DNA of 124,000 nt from positions 43,544,001-43,668,000 of the forward strand of contig OX597822.1 in assembly GCA_951406725.2 (NCBI GenBank). The letters run 5' to 3'. This document shows positions 57,235-70,684 of this stretch, piece by piece. The position numbers and the translations under genes are program-made. Source of the stretch: Octopus vulgaris. Taxonomy: Eukaryota. The stretch's first letter is position 1, and each line of letters opens with the position of its first letter. The notes below the pieces were generated by a model. That model had not been told where the DNA came from. It saw only the letters and a list, made by a program, of their open reading frames with translations, and did no database searches.

Positions 57235-59432
57235 CCATCACTCTGCTTAATGCAGACTTGAAAATTTTGGCCAAGGTGTTAGCCAAGAGGTTGGCGCTTG
57301 TCATCGAGAAACTGGTCGACAAGGCGCAAACGTGCGCCGTGCCGGGCCGGACCATCCATGACAACCTCCACCTGATGCGCTACATCATAGACAGGGTAGT
57401 TAACGAACCTGGCATGGGTGGGGCGCTGATCAATTTGGATCAATCGAAAACTTTCGATAGGGTAGACCATCGATACTTGGAGGCAGTCCTCAGAGCGGCT
57501 GGCTTCGGTCCCGTCTTCCGCGGCTGGATAGCCGCTTTGTACAGAGGCATCCGTTCGGTAATTCGCGTAAATGGACATCTATCGAGACCTTTCGACATCG
57601 CACGTTCGGTCCGTCAGGGATGCCCCCTCTCGGCGCTTCTATACGTATTGACTCTCGAGCCACTACTGCGGAAGCTGGCGACTCTGAAGGGCATCCCGCG
57701 AGAACTGGGATGCGGGACGAGTGTGTCTGCATACGCGGACGACGTCACCGTCATAGTGTCTAGCCACGAGCAGGTCGGCAAACACTGAAAAACTACGAAG
57801 CGGTGACAGGAGCAAAAATCAACCTGGAAAAGTCAGTGGGTTTGCGACTAGGCACCTGGAGAAGCAAGCCCATGCCGTCCACCAGCGCCTCCGTTGTGGG
57901 ACGCTGGATCGACGGTCCGGTCGAGTTGCTCGGGGTCTGGTTCGGTTCGGACCTCCAAATGGAGAAGAACTGGAACGAGATAACGAGTAGGGTGGTCTCT
58001 CTCGCCCGGCAATGGGCCGAGAGGAAACTGTCCCTAAAAGGTCGGGTGAAGGTGGCGAACACGTACATCGCGTCCGTCATCTATTACTGCCTGACCGTCG
58101 TGCCTTGTCCCAACCCTACCATCACCAAACTAGAACGCATTCTCTTTTGCTTCTTGTGGAAAGGATGCGTCCCGATGGTCAGGCGATCCATTTGCTGTCA
58201 ACACCCGTTAAAAGGAGGATTGGGCATGCCGTGGTTGATGATGCGCAGACACGCGCTGAGACTGCAACATCTCAGGCTTTTCGTAGACGAAGGTGAACAG
58301 GTGTGGTCGCCGTTTGTGAGGCTCGTCTCCATGACCGAACTGCAATCGTGGATCAAAAAAAGGGCGAGGAAGGGCGAATGGCACCGCGAGTGTCGCGTTG
58401 CTCTCAAGCAACTCTGCCGTCCTGGGTCAACCTTGAGTGACTCCATCACAACCAAAGCATTCTATAGGGGATTAGTGGAGGGGAGGTACGACGACGAGCT
58501 CGGGGCGAACCTGGACGTCGACGAGGAATACCTGACCCGCCTGTTCGGGACGACTTTCGGGCCAGGGCCCATGGACAACTTCCAGAGATCCCTGGCCTGG
58601 CAGTGGTACCGAGAAGCGCTACCTGTTCGGGATAAGCTCTACAGACACGGCTCGAGAAACACGGGGCCGACCTGCCCGAGATGTGGTCAGAGCGACGAAA
58701 CCGTTCTGCACGTACCCGTGCAGTGTGCAACAATTTCCGACCTGTGGGCTTATGTCGAACAACTGCTGTCACGTGTGGGACGAGTCGGTTTAGTAGCTGA
58801 GTCTATCGTCAATATTGTCACGCCTCCTTCCTTCAAACGGGAAGGAAGAGCTATTTTCATCATCCTTGTGGCTATGGCGAAAGAATGTATCTGGTGGACG
58901 CGTCTGAAAGGATTGGAAACAAACACCTTCCTCTCTGATCACCCTCTCATCAACTTCTTCAAGTACCACTTGAAAAGGAAAGTGAGAGTAGAAAGGCAAG
59001 TTTTGTCTAGCGAATGTTTTAAAAAAAGATGGGTGAATGTAGCAAGGATGGCACGTGGATGGCAAGGATGTAACAAGAATGGTCTATTTCGTAGGCTTTT
59101 CTTCCCACGGATAAACCTTACTTGCTTTCCCCTTTACACCATACATCATGACACTGTGATACACGATCCCTATTGATCGTTTTCTTTTCCTCTTCCCCCC
59201 TTTTTTCCGCTTTTTCTTCTTTTTTCATTTTTCTCTTCCTTTGTTCCTTTTCCCTTTTTTCTTATTTTCTTTTCCTTTTTTTTTTGTTCTTTTTTCCCTT
59301 TTACGATCCCTTTTGATCGAAAACCTACGCCACCCTTTTTTTTAATTCTTTTTTTTTTCATCCCCCAACAGAAAAGCTCTACCTTGTAACTTGTCCCATG
59401 TGTGTGCAGCCCTGTGTGGCCAATAAAGAAAC
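57235..59432 (+). mobile_element. Tx1/L1-clade LINE, 5'-truncated within RT, copy d
   Basis: ORFs at 57216 and 57803 closely match copy c; ends aataaagaaac followed by (TATC)n. Confidence 0.9.
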
Positions 59433-59496
<64 letters not shown>

Positions 59497-59562
59497 ATAT
59501 ATATATATATATATATATACATAACATACACACACACGCGCGCGCTCATACACGCACACATA

Positions 59563-60000
59563 TAGGCGCTAGAAGGTCTGTGTGTTAAGAAGCTTGCTTT
59601 CCAACGACATGTTTCCGGGTTCAGTCCAACTGCATAGCAATTTGGGCAAGTGTCTTCTACTATACACTTGGGCCGGCCAAACCCTTGTGAATGGATTTGG
59701 GTGACGGAAACAGAAAGAAGCCCTTCGTATATATACATATGTGTGTGTGTGTGTATACATACATATATATATATATATGTATATATGTATATATATATAT
59801 ACGTATGTGTGTATCTGTGTTCCCCAACCATCGCTGGACAACCGATGTTGCTGTGTATACGTCCTCGTCACATAGCTGTTCGGCAGAAAGAGACCGACAG
59901 AATAAGTACTAAGCTCACAAAGAATAAGTCCTTGGGTGGATTTGTTCGACCAAAGGCGGTGCCCCAGCATGGCCGCAGTGAAAAACTGAAACATGTAAAA
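59563..60000 (+). mobile_element. SINE family A, full length, diverged
   Basis: Head, microsatellite and tail. Confidence 0.8.
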
Positions 60001-60623
60001 GGATGTGTATATATATATATATATATATATATTTGCATGTATGTATATATGTATGCATGCATATATGTCTATTTATTTTATGTATAATCATATCCATGCA
60101 GATATAGAAAATTCTACTTTCACCCAAACTTCTTCTCTCATCGGCGCAGGATACTACAATTATGAATAATTGTATATTAAATTTTGTAACGAGTAGAGGA
60201 GAGCAAAGATCACAGGTTGCTAACGCGGCAAGTGATATCACAACATAGAAAAACCGTAAAATATTGACCAGTGGTCGTTGCTTTAAAACTATTTATATTA
60301 ATGATTTTTGCCTCGTGTTCGTCCCACGATACTCCCCCAGCCCATATCCAATATCTTGTCGCTAACCGTATATCGCTAAAAGCCTGCTATTAGCCATTAA
60401 CATTAAGCATTAACCTGCGTTCCAACTGCAGTCAGGCCCCTAAAGTGGTTAGCAGAATTTCCATCTAGCTATTAGAGTGGTCATCTCCGGTCAAACGTTG
60501 AAGCGTTGATCGGAGATATCGTTTTGTAACCCTTGCCTGGCTTTGATCCCATTATTGACTTCATGAAATGTTGTCAGTTGGAATAGAGTTCATACAGTCA
60601 CGTGATAATGACCATCCATCCAC

Positions 60624-60708
<85 letters not shown>

Positions 60709-60825
60709 GGTCTGTCTATCTATTCATCCATCCATCAGTTCCAAATTCGGTGTGTTGGTGAGGCAATTCCTTGTATATATGTATATATATATACGTATGT
60801 GTGTATCTGTGTTCCCCAACGATCG

Positions 60826-60922
<97 letters not shown>

Positions 60923-61006
60923 TACTCACCCATAAACATACAAATAAAAGTGCATACATGTTCACATGCTCAATCTCGGTCATTAAGTGTCTGTGTAGTA
61001 GGGCGC

Positions 61007-61051
<45 letters not shown>

Positions 61052-61084
61052 AATCTATCTATCTATCTATCTATCTATCTATAT

Positions 61085-61220
61085 TGTTCTTTTCTTCCTT
61101 TTACGATCCCTCTTGATCGAAAACCTACGCCGCCCCCCTTTTTTTTCATCCCCCAAAAGAAAAGCTCTACCTTGTAACTTGTCCCATCTGTGTGCAGCCC
61201 TGTGTGGCCAATAAAGAAAC
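61085..61220 (+). mobile_element. Tx1 3' UTR fragment e between (TATC)n arrays
   Basis: Shares specific variants with the end of copy d (aaaacctacgcc, aaagaaacttatc). Confidence 0.85.
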
Positions 61221-61297
<77 letters not shown>

Positions 61298-61298
61298 A

Positions 61299-61387
<89 letters not shown>

Positions 61388-61414
61388 ACTATCTATCTAT
61401 CTATCTATCTATCT

Positions 61415-61600
61415 CAAAAAAAAAAGGAAAAAAGAGAGCCACTTACTGTAATGTTTTTTTTTACATGACACTATTGCCCAAGGTTCCCGTGGTCTTTTTT
61501 CTTTTTTCTTTCTTTCATTTTTCTCTTCTTCCCAAGGAGAAAAGCTCTACTTTGTATTTTGTCCCTTCTGTGTTAGGCCCTGCGTGTCCAATAAAGAAAC
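61415..61600 (+). mobile_element. Tx1 3' UTR fragment f between (TATC)n arrays
   Basis: Resembles the 3' UTR of copy a; ends aataaagaaac followed by (TATC)n. Confidence 0.85.
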
Positions 61601-61601
61601 A

Positions 61602-61711
<110 letters not shown>

Positions 61712-62350
61712 ACTATCCTTCGACCATTCTATCTGTTTCTCTATCTGTCTATCTCTGTATTTTGTCTGTCTATTTGTCTATCTCGATTTGTACATTTGTA
61801 CACGCATATATCTCTACATATATATGCGTTTCTATAAATAGGCATACACACATGCACGCACACATACACCCATACACACACATACATACACACACACACA
61901 CACGTTTGGGGCTTCGTGTCTCAGCTAGAGACTATTACGTAATTATTTGTAATCCAATTATCAGTGAATTATTATCAAATTTAATTGTCTCCTCGCAAAG
62001 TCGTTCTAATCTCTCCTCACTTACCCGTTACAGTGTGTAAACATCTGAGGAGGTTTGCATAATTGCTACAGTACTTACCAAACATAAAACGTGCTGCCAA
62101 ATGCCGCCCTATAATTTTTAAACTAATTTAAATTTATGTCCCCTGTTTGGTGGCTGGATTGACAGATGTAGGGAGAGAGGGCAATAAAGGGATAGCTGGA
62201 TAATAACCATAGTATCAGTTTGTCAGGCTTGAGTATGAAGCTAGAAAGTGTAATGTCGGTTGTTTTAAAAAGAGGACCTTAGGTAGGCGGTTCCTGTGGA
62301 CTCCACATCAACTATCCACGATCCTTGACGGGAATAGTGGGCGGTGAAAA

Positions 62351-63578
62351 TATTGGTTCATCCCATAAATAATGCAGTTTTCTCAACTGCATAAACTAAA
62401 AGTTGGAGAGGGACTGGATAAACTACCTGCATCAAGTTGCTATAACAGCAGGCAGTAATTTAACCTTGTGCTTATTCTTAGTGCAAGTTTTGAAGAGTGC
62501 AATTTGATCTTAACAGTGGGTTTTTCAAAGCTATAATGGTGGTGACAAAGGAACATATTCGGGAAATTATACTTTGAGTTCAATAAAGACAACAACGCAT
62601 CGGAAAGTGCGAGGAATATTAATGCAGTATATGGGGATCGGACAATAAGCGTAAGCCAGTGTCAATGGTGGTTCCAGAAATTCTGAGACGGAAACTACAG
62701 TCTAGAAGATGAGCCTCGCGCTGGAAGATCTTTAGAGCTCGACGAGGACGTCCTGAAAACCCTGGGGGATAAAACCCCATCGTAACTTTTGAGGAACTAG
62801 CAGAGAACCTTCTATTTAGTCATTCAACTATTCATCAACAACTGCGTGCCATCGGAAAAGTTAGAAAATTGGGTCAATGGGTTCCTCAGAAAGTTTTCGA
62901 ATCTGAAAGTAAATGTGTTCTCTTCTTTGCTGTCACGTCTCAGGAATGAAACTAGTTTGGGGACCGAATAGTGACTGGTGACGAGAAACGGGCTCTCTAT
63001 AAAAATGTCAAGAGGCGAAGATAGTGGGTAGGGAAAGGATGAACACCGGCATTCCAGGCTAAGGAACGTCTTCACTCACATAAGGTGTTCTTATCTGTTT
63101 GGTAGGACATGAAAGGTTTAGTCCTCTTAGAACTTTTAAAATCAAACCAAACGATAACAAAGGAGATCTACTACGAGCAGCTTAAGCGGCTTAATCGTTA
63201 GAAGAAAAACGACCATCTTTGGTTTCAAGACGAAAGATGATATTCGAAAGGCTGGACCAGTTTGAATGGGAAACAATGCCCCACCCGCCATTTTCGCTGG
63301 ACATTGCCCCTTCTGATTATCATTTATTCTGCAGTCCTCGAATCATTTGGAAGGAGAAAATATGAATTCTGCAGACGAGGTCAGAGGTGTATTTTTATTG
63401 ATGGACAAGTGAATTTTAGAAGAGGGTCCTTGCAAGTCAACCAGATAGATAGAAGAGAATTGTAGAAAATGAAGGAGAGTAGAAAAGAATTTTGGATTAG
63501 AAAAGAATTTTGTTTATGTTAATTTTGAAAAGGTAAAAGAAGTATAAAAATCTGCATTATTTATGGGATGACCTACAA
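62351..63578 (+). mobile_element. Mariner transposon, full length but decayed
   Basis: TIRs tattggttcatcccataaataatgcag / ctgcattatttatgggatgacc; traces of YEFNK..NA.ESARNINAVYG, WVPQK, VTGDEK and APSDYHLF. Confidence 0.85.
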
Positions 63579-64299
63579 ATGTATGGACATGAATTTCGGA
63601 TTTTCTGCCCATGGATTTATTGTCAACTATTTTTAGTATTTAATTTTAGTTGGTGAAGGTGCGTGGTTAGGGGTGTTGCAATCACAGATGCCAGATCGTG
63701 AGTTCGTTTCCTGGATGGAATGAGGAGTTGTATTCTTTAGCAAAACACTTCATTTCATCTTCACTGTGAGAGTGGTAAAATTATTGGTGCGTTGACGGAA
63801 ACACTCTACTGTATATTCGGCCCCTTTACATTCTGGATTCAAATCCCATATACATGGAGAAGGCCACGGGAAACCTGCAGTGTTCATCCTAAGTCTGATC
63901 ATCGTAACCGAAGTTCCACTGATCAAATTAACGATTGCAGAGAGGGGCCTGTGCCTTTTCAGGTCGGACAGGGATTGCTGGAGATAGTTCACAAGTACAG
64001 GACACAGGACAAGACAATTTCATTTGATGAAATTTTGGCTCCCTTCTTTAAATATTAACGTCCGTTGATATCTGTTCGTACAACAATTATAAACCATATC
64101 TGGAACATGTTTGCATGTTATTTGTTTCAATTGCTTAATTAATGAAACATTTTCGTAATAAATCTAAATCCTTTCTCAATCGTTGTAAGGTATAAACAAA
64201 TATGATATTAATTACTCTTCGGCGTTTTCAAAAAAGCTAATTAACGTAAACAAAATAATTTCTCATTCATCTCCAAACAAAGAAATCTATTACAGCAAT

Positions 64300-64900
64300 G
64301 GCCTAAGGAATAGTGGATTCTATATTATGACTACCTTCCCACCTAAGTTCCCCCACAATACCAACAAACAAGAATCTTCAAAATTTAATATATCCTTCCC
64401 TCCAAATGTCTAAACCTGTTTAGAAAAGACGTATTTGTGAAACTCATTGACAAAAGAAAAAAGAGAAGCGTTTCCTTACATTACAGACGGCAGAAGTTAT
64501 TCAACAGTAACACAATTGAGAATCAAATCCTTCAGCATTTGCACAACCGATATATAAGTATCTATGCAAAAGATTGTATCAACCTTCTAGGAAAAATTAC
64601 ATTAGGTACATGCGCTGTAACTATAACTATAAAGGGTTACAGTGTGATATATCTCATTAGTAACAGGAATAATGACATCATTCCACAACACTACATAGAC
64701 ATGAGTGAAGGAAATTTTAAACATCGCTACTACAACAACGTTTCTCATTTCCCAAATGCAGAATAGGGGAGCGTCGCAGCTACTTAGAACTATCTATGGA
64801 GATTAGAATAGATGTGATTATTAACACGTTCAGCATCCTTTGTGATAAACTGAACCAAAATAAGGCAAACATTGATAATTCCAAAATTTGTGGCCACGAA
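64300..64900 (+). mobile_element. Penelope-like GIY-YIG endonuclease remnant
   Basis: SVIYLISN...QHYIDMSEGNFKHRYYNNVSHF resembles the PLE consensus VIY..V...YIG.TE..FK.RY.NH..SF. Confidence 0.55.
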
Positions 64901-65139
64901 TTACTGGGAATGTTTTATTCTTAATAAGCCCAAGAACTACAAAAAGTTCAAATGTTGGAAGGTTGAAAAACTTCTCCAAGTTAATTATAATCAAATATAC
65001 AAGGAGCCAGGTTAAAAGCATAAAAACTTTGCTGTTGATCTGTATATTCATGGGTTCACGGATGCGGTGAAACATTAGCCCGACGTCCTATATTCGTTTC
65101 TCTTCAAGGCACGAGGCCCCTTTTTTTTTTGGGGGGGGG

Positions 65140-65826
65140 GCAGTCGATCAGATCGACTCCAGTACGTAACTTGTACTTAATTCATCGACCCTAGAATGAT
65201 GAAAGGCAAAGTCGACCTCGGCGGAATTTGTACTCAGAACGTAAAGACAGGCGTGCTAACGTTTATTATTTCTTTATTGCCCACAGGGGGCTAAACATAG
65301 AGGGGACAAACAAGGACAAAGAGATTAAGTCGATCATATCGACCCCAGTGCATAACTGGTACTTACTTAATCGAACCTGAAAGGATGAAAGGCAAAGTCG
65401 ACCTCGGCGGAATTTGAACTCAGAGTGTAACGGCAGACGAAATACCTATTTGTTTATTGCCCACAGGGGACTAAACATAGAGGGAACAAACAAGGACAGA
65501 CAAAGGGATTAAGTCGATTACATCGACCCCAGAGCGTAACTGGTACTTGACTTATCGACCCCGAAAGGGCGAAAGGAAAAGTCGACCTCGGCGGAATTTG
65601 AACTCAGAACGTAGCAGTAGACGAAATACCTAAAACACAGAAAGGACAAACGGATTAAGTCAATTATATCGACCCCAGTGCGTAACTGGTACTTAATTTA
65701 TTGACCCCGAAAGGATGAAAGGCAAAGTCGACTTCGGCGGAATTTGAACTCAGAAGGTACCGGCAGACGAAATACCGCTAAGCATTTCGCCCGGCGTGCT
65801 AAGGTTTCTGCCAGCTCGCCACCTTA
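65140..65826 (-). mobile_element. Head-to-tail tetramer of SINE family C
   Basis: One head-bearing unit at the right end plus three units of about 180 bp that lack the first 50 bp or so. Confidence 0.85.
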
Positions 65827-66097
65827 GCCTGACGTCCTATATTATTGACATTTCACCTCGCGCATGCTTAGACGCAAATTGTCAACATATCTCTACAGAT
65901 GAAGAACACCTAAATAATAGAATAGAATCGCCATTCAAGAGAAAAACAGGACTGAATCATAATTAATCGTCGCAGAATATGGTGTTTAGTGTGAAACTAA
66001 AAGTCATGGAAAAGTAAAAGGCAATGTCTCTCAACCACCGGTATTGAGTACTTAATATTTTGTTTGTCAACCCACTTAGAATTTTGTGTAATAAGGA

Positions 66098-66943
66098 CAG
66101 TGTGTGCTTGTGTGTGTGAGCGTGCGTACGTATGTGTGTATATGTGTGTGCGTACGCGCCTGCGTATGTGTATGTACGTGTGTGCGTGCGTGTATGTATG
66201 CGTGCGTGGGTGTACGTACCTGTGTGTGTGGGTGCGTGCCTGTGGGTGTGTTTGTGTATGTGTGTATGTATGTGTGTACGTATGTGCGTGTGTGTGCGTG
66301 CGTGTGTATCTGTATGTGTGTGTATATGTGCGTGCGCGCGGCGCGCATACGTATGTGCGTGTTTGTGCGCATACATGCGTGTGCATGCCTGTGTATGTGT
66401 GTTTGTGTATGTGTTTATGTGTGTGTATGCGTACGTTTGTGTACGTATGTACGTGTGTGTGTGCGCGTATGCACGTGTGTATGTGTGTATTTGTGTGTAT
66501 CTGTGTGTGCATACGCGCGTGCATGGATGTACGTACATGTGGGCGTGTGTATGCACACTTGTGTGTGCGTGCTAGTGTGTGTTTTGTGCATGTGTGTATG
66601 TGCGTGTCTATGCGTATGTGTGTGTGTACGTATGTGTGTGTGTTTGTGTGCGTACGTACGTGTGCAAGTGAATGTGTGTGTATATGTGTATGCGTACGCG
66701 CGTTCGTGTGTGTACGTACGTGTGTGTATGTGCGTGTGTGTGACCAGTTGTGTGTGCGTACCTGTGTGTGTGTACATATGTACGTGCGTGCGTGCACGTT
66801 TGTGCGTGCGTATGTTTGTTTGCTTAGCTGTGTGTGCGCAGGTGTGTGACTGTGCGTCTGCTCGTGTGCTTATGTGCCAGTGTGTGTGTATGTGTGTGTG
66901 CATGTATGCGTACGCATGTGTGTGTGTCTGTGTGTACCTATGT

Positions 66944-66978
<35 letters not shown>

Positions 66979-67076
66979 CGTATGTTTGTTTGCACACTCG
67001 TGTGTGCGCACCTTTGTGTGCGTGATCCTGTGTGTCTGTGCTCGTGTGATTATGTGCCAGTCTGTGTGTGTGTGTG

Positions 67077-67142
<66 letters not shown>

Positions 67143-67145
67143 TGT
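66098..67145. repeat. About 1-kb degenerate alternating purine-pyrimidine tract (TG/CG/TA)
   Basis: Direct inspection; the long ORFs here are repeat artefacts. Confidence 0.9.
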
Positions 67146-67264
67146 AACGAAGTCGACAGCAACAGTACAAAACAAACACGATGACGTCATGTTAGAAAAA
67201 TAAAACTTATACGACGTACCGAAGCCACGTCATTCCAGCATGTTGAACTCTTGCTATGAAATAT

Positions 67265-67335
67265 AGCATACAGACAGATAACAATGATAGTAGTAATAGT
67301 AGCAGCAGCAGCAATAGTAGTAGTAGTGGTAGTAA

Positions 67336-67376
<41 letters not shown>

Positions 67377-67995
67377 AGTGTAGTAGGTGTAGTAGTAGTA
67401 GTAGTAGTAAGTGTAGTAGTAGTAGTAGTAGTAGTAGTAGTAATGCCACCATTTACCACTACTACCGCCAATGCTAACACACCACTACTTGTAGCTTCTC
67501 CACCGTTACCGACACCATCTCTACCACCACCGCTGCCATTAACACAAGCCCCTTCTCCTTCACTACCGTTGCACGTATCTACACCACCAGCGCCATCAAC
67601 GATATCAATATCTTTACCTAATCACCACCACCACCACACCACCACCACCACCACCACCACCACCACCACCACTAACACCACCACAACCACCACCACCACT
67701 AACACCACCACCACCACTAAAATCACCAGCACCAGCACCAGTAACAGCATCACACCACCACCAAAACCCGCACCAGCACCACCACCACCAGCACCAAAAA
67801 AACCACCTCCACCGTCGCCACCAACACCACCACCAAAACCATCACCACCATCAGCACCACCATCAGCACCATCACTACAATCACCGCCAAAAACCACCAC
67901 CACCACTCGCACCAGTGCACCACCACCACCCACCCCCACCACCACCACCACAACCACCGCCACCACCACCACAACCATCACCAGCTTTCACTAAC
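67265..67995. repeat. Low-complexity (TAG)n followed by a degenerate (ACC/CCA)n tract
   Basis: Direct inspection. Confidence 0.85.
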
Positions 67996-68098
67996 TACGT
68001 TCTACCTTATCCTGATCTCTAACCTATTTCCTTTAACTCCACCACCGACTCTCCCTTTCGCTCCCTCACTCCACTCCGACCAGTCTATAAATACAACG

Positions 68099-68143
<45 letters not shown>

Positions 68144-68219
68144 ACACACGCCCCTTCAGTCTGAGGTTTTCACACATATTTGCCCACGTTATTACGGTCG
68201 AGATGTCGGTTTGATGAAG

Positions 68220-69700
68220 TCTGGTGTAAGGTTTACTGGTACATCAAGATGTTGCTAGAGTCGTTCTTGTAGTTTAGGCGCTAGTAGTGGTAGTGGTGAC
68301 GGTGGAAGTACAACAAGACGTTAGTGTGCTCTTATGGATGCGCAATGGACCAGTGGTTAGCGCAGCGGACTCGATCACAGTTTCGATTCTCAGACCGAGC
68401 GTTGTGAGATTTTATTGAGCAAAAACACCTGAAGCTCCACGAGGCTCCGGTAGGGGTTGATGGCGAACCCTACTGTTCTCTTTCCCCACAACTTTCTCTT
68501 ACTCTCTCTTCTTGTTTCTGTTGTACTTCTATTTCAAAGGGTTGTCATACTCTGTATCACGCTGAATCGCCCCGAGAACTACGTTAAGGGTACACGTGTC
68601 TGAGGAGTGCTCAGCCACTTGCACATTATTTTCATGAGCAGGCTGTTTTATTGATCAGATCAACTGGAACCCTCGTCGTCGTAACCGACGGAATGCCACA
68701 GTGTGCTTGCTATAGTTGTGGCGATGACAGCAGCGGTAAATGAAGATGTTGGTTTAGTTATTGTTGTAGTTTTTGGCTGTAGTACAGTTAGAGGTGATTT
68801 TAGTGGCAGACCAAGACATTGGCGTTAAGGTTGTAGTAGCGGTGAGCCACATCAAGATGTTACTATAGGTCTTCCTGTAGTTTAGGCACTAGTAGAGGTA
68901 GTGACTATGGTAGTGGTACGAGACGTTACAGTTAAGGTTGTAGTTATAGTGGTATATCAACCAAGATGCTGGTATAATTATTGTTGTAGTTTTGGCGGTA
69001 GTACTGGTAGTGGTGATTGTAGTGGTAGAACAAGTCGTTACTGATAAGGCTGTAGTAGTGGTGACGATAGTAGATGTACATCAAGAGGTTACTATAGATC
69101 TTCCTGTAGTATAGGCACTAGTAGAGGTAGTGGTAGTGGTAGTGATACAACAAGACGTTACTGCTAAGGTTGTAGTAGTAGGGGTACATCAATCAGGTTG
69201 TCGGTATACTTATTGTGCTAGTTTTGGTAGTGGTGATAGTAGAACATCACGATGTTAGTATTGTAGTTGTAGCAGTTCCGGTGATAGTGAGTTTGGTCAT
69301 AATATTGGTACAAGAGGATAGTATTATGGTTGTTGTGGCGTTGGCGATAGTACAGTTAGTGGTACGTCAAGACCTTGGTGTAGTTGCCGTTGTAGTGCTG
69401 GTGACAGTGGTACACCAAAATGTTAGTGTTTTCATCGTAACGTTGGTAGTACAATCATCAAGAACATAGTGTATTGGCTGTGGTGCTTGTAGTGGTGATA
69501 AAAGCATGTAGACGTTGTAGTTTTGGTAGTAGTGATAATGGTACAAACATCAAGGTGCTATTGAAGACTTTGTAGTCTCAAATGTGGTATAAGATATCAT
69601 GTTATTGTTGTAGTTGCCGTTGCAGTTGTTGTGTGGTGGGCGACACAAAAATGGAAGTGTCGGTGTTGTGGTAGTGGTCATAGTTGGACGCTTGTATTTC
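68220..69700. repeat. Degenerate GTA/GTG-rich minisatellite with recurring acatcaagatgtt / acaacaagacgtta motifs, interrupted by a SINE
   Basis: The motif recurs roughly every 60-70 bp. Confidence 0.6.
68335..68700 (+). mobile_element. SINE family B, full length
   Basis: Matches the reverse complement of 8925-9303. Confidence 0.85.
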
Positions 69701-69719
69701 TGTCATTGTCCCACGTCAC

Positions 69720-69742
69720 TAAATTGTTTTGACGACGACGAC

Positions 69743-69773
<31 letters not shown>

Positions 69774-69931
69774 GTGGTGATGGTGATGACGACGATGATG
69801 ATGATGATGGTTGTTATGGTGATGATGAGGATGAGAATGATGACAACGATGATGACGATGATGATGACGATGATGATGATGATGATGATGACGATGATGA
69901 TGATGACGATGATGATGATGATGACGACGAC

Positions 69932-69975
<44 letters not shown>

Positions 69976-70223
69976 CGATGATGATGATGATGAGGAGGAG
70001 GACGATGATGACGATTTTGATAGTGATGAGAACGATGATGCTGGTGATGAGGATGACGACGATGATGACAATGGTTATGAGGATAATGATTACGACGATG
70101 GTGATGACGATAATGATAATGATGATGATGATGATAATGATGTCAATAATAATGGTGTCTAAGTGGACGATTGTGATGGTAGTGATTGATGATTGTGATG
70201 ATGGTGATGACGACGACGACGGC

Positions 70224-70261
<38 letters not shown>

Positions 70262-70290
70262 CGATGATGACGATGAGGATTGATAAGGTC
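69720..70290. repeat. (GAT/GAC)n trinucleotide tract
   Basis: Direct inspection. Confidence 0.9.
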
Positions 70291-70684
70291 AATAACGAAA
70301 TCTTCTCAGAGAACGCAACTGTACAACGTGTGTAACACTCACCTTCGTAGAGAGTGAGTGGGAGACGGTTCTAGGGAACTCTATTTAAACACCAGATCAC
70401 ATATGACTTCACATGGCCAGTACTTCTGCGGAATAGACTCTCTTAACAAAACATCGCTTATTTTTCCCCAGATGGACGACTCCAGCTTCAGCGTGGAGAA
70501 AATAAATATCAACATTCATGATAACGAAGAATTAAGCCATCGCTATTGAAAGGAATGGCCAAAGATGACATATTCCATCTATGATGTGGATTTCCTGGAA
70601 CAATAGATTATATTTTATCACGATAAGCTAAACTAAATCTGACAGAATATTCTTGGGGATGCAATGAAAGTAGCCAAACTGATC

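Noticed and set aside
65963-67203. Long ORFs of 200-350 aa rich in C/V or H/T
   Set aside because: These are translations of the alternating purine-pyrimidine tract.
67284-67994. Pro/Thr-rich 236-aa ORF (extensin- or formin-like appearance)
   Set aside because: Built from (GTA)n and (ACC)n repeats, with no splice or domain evidence.
69614-70283. Poly-Asp and poly-Met ORFs
   Set aside because: These are (GAT)n microsatellite translations.
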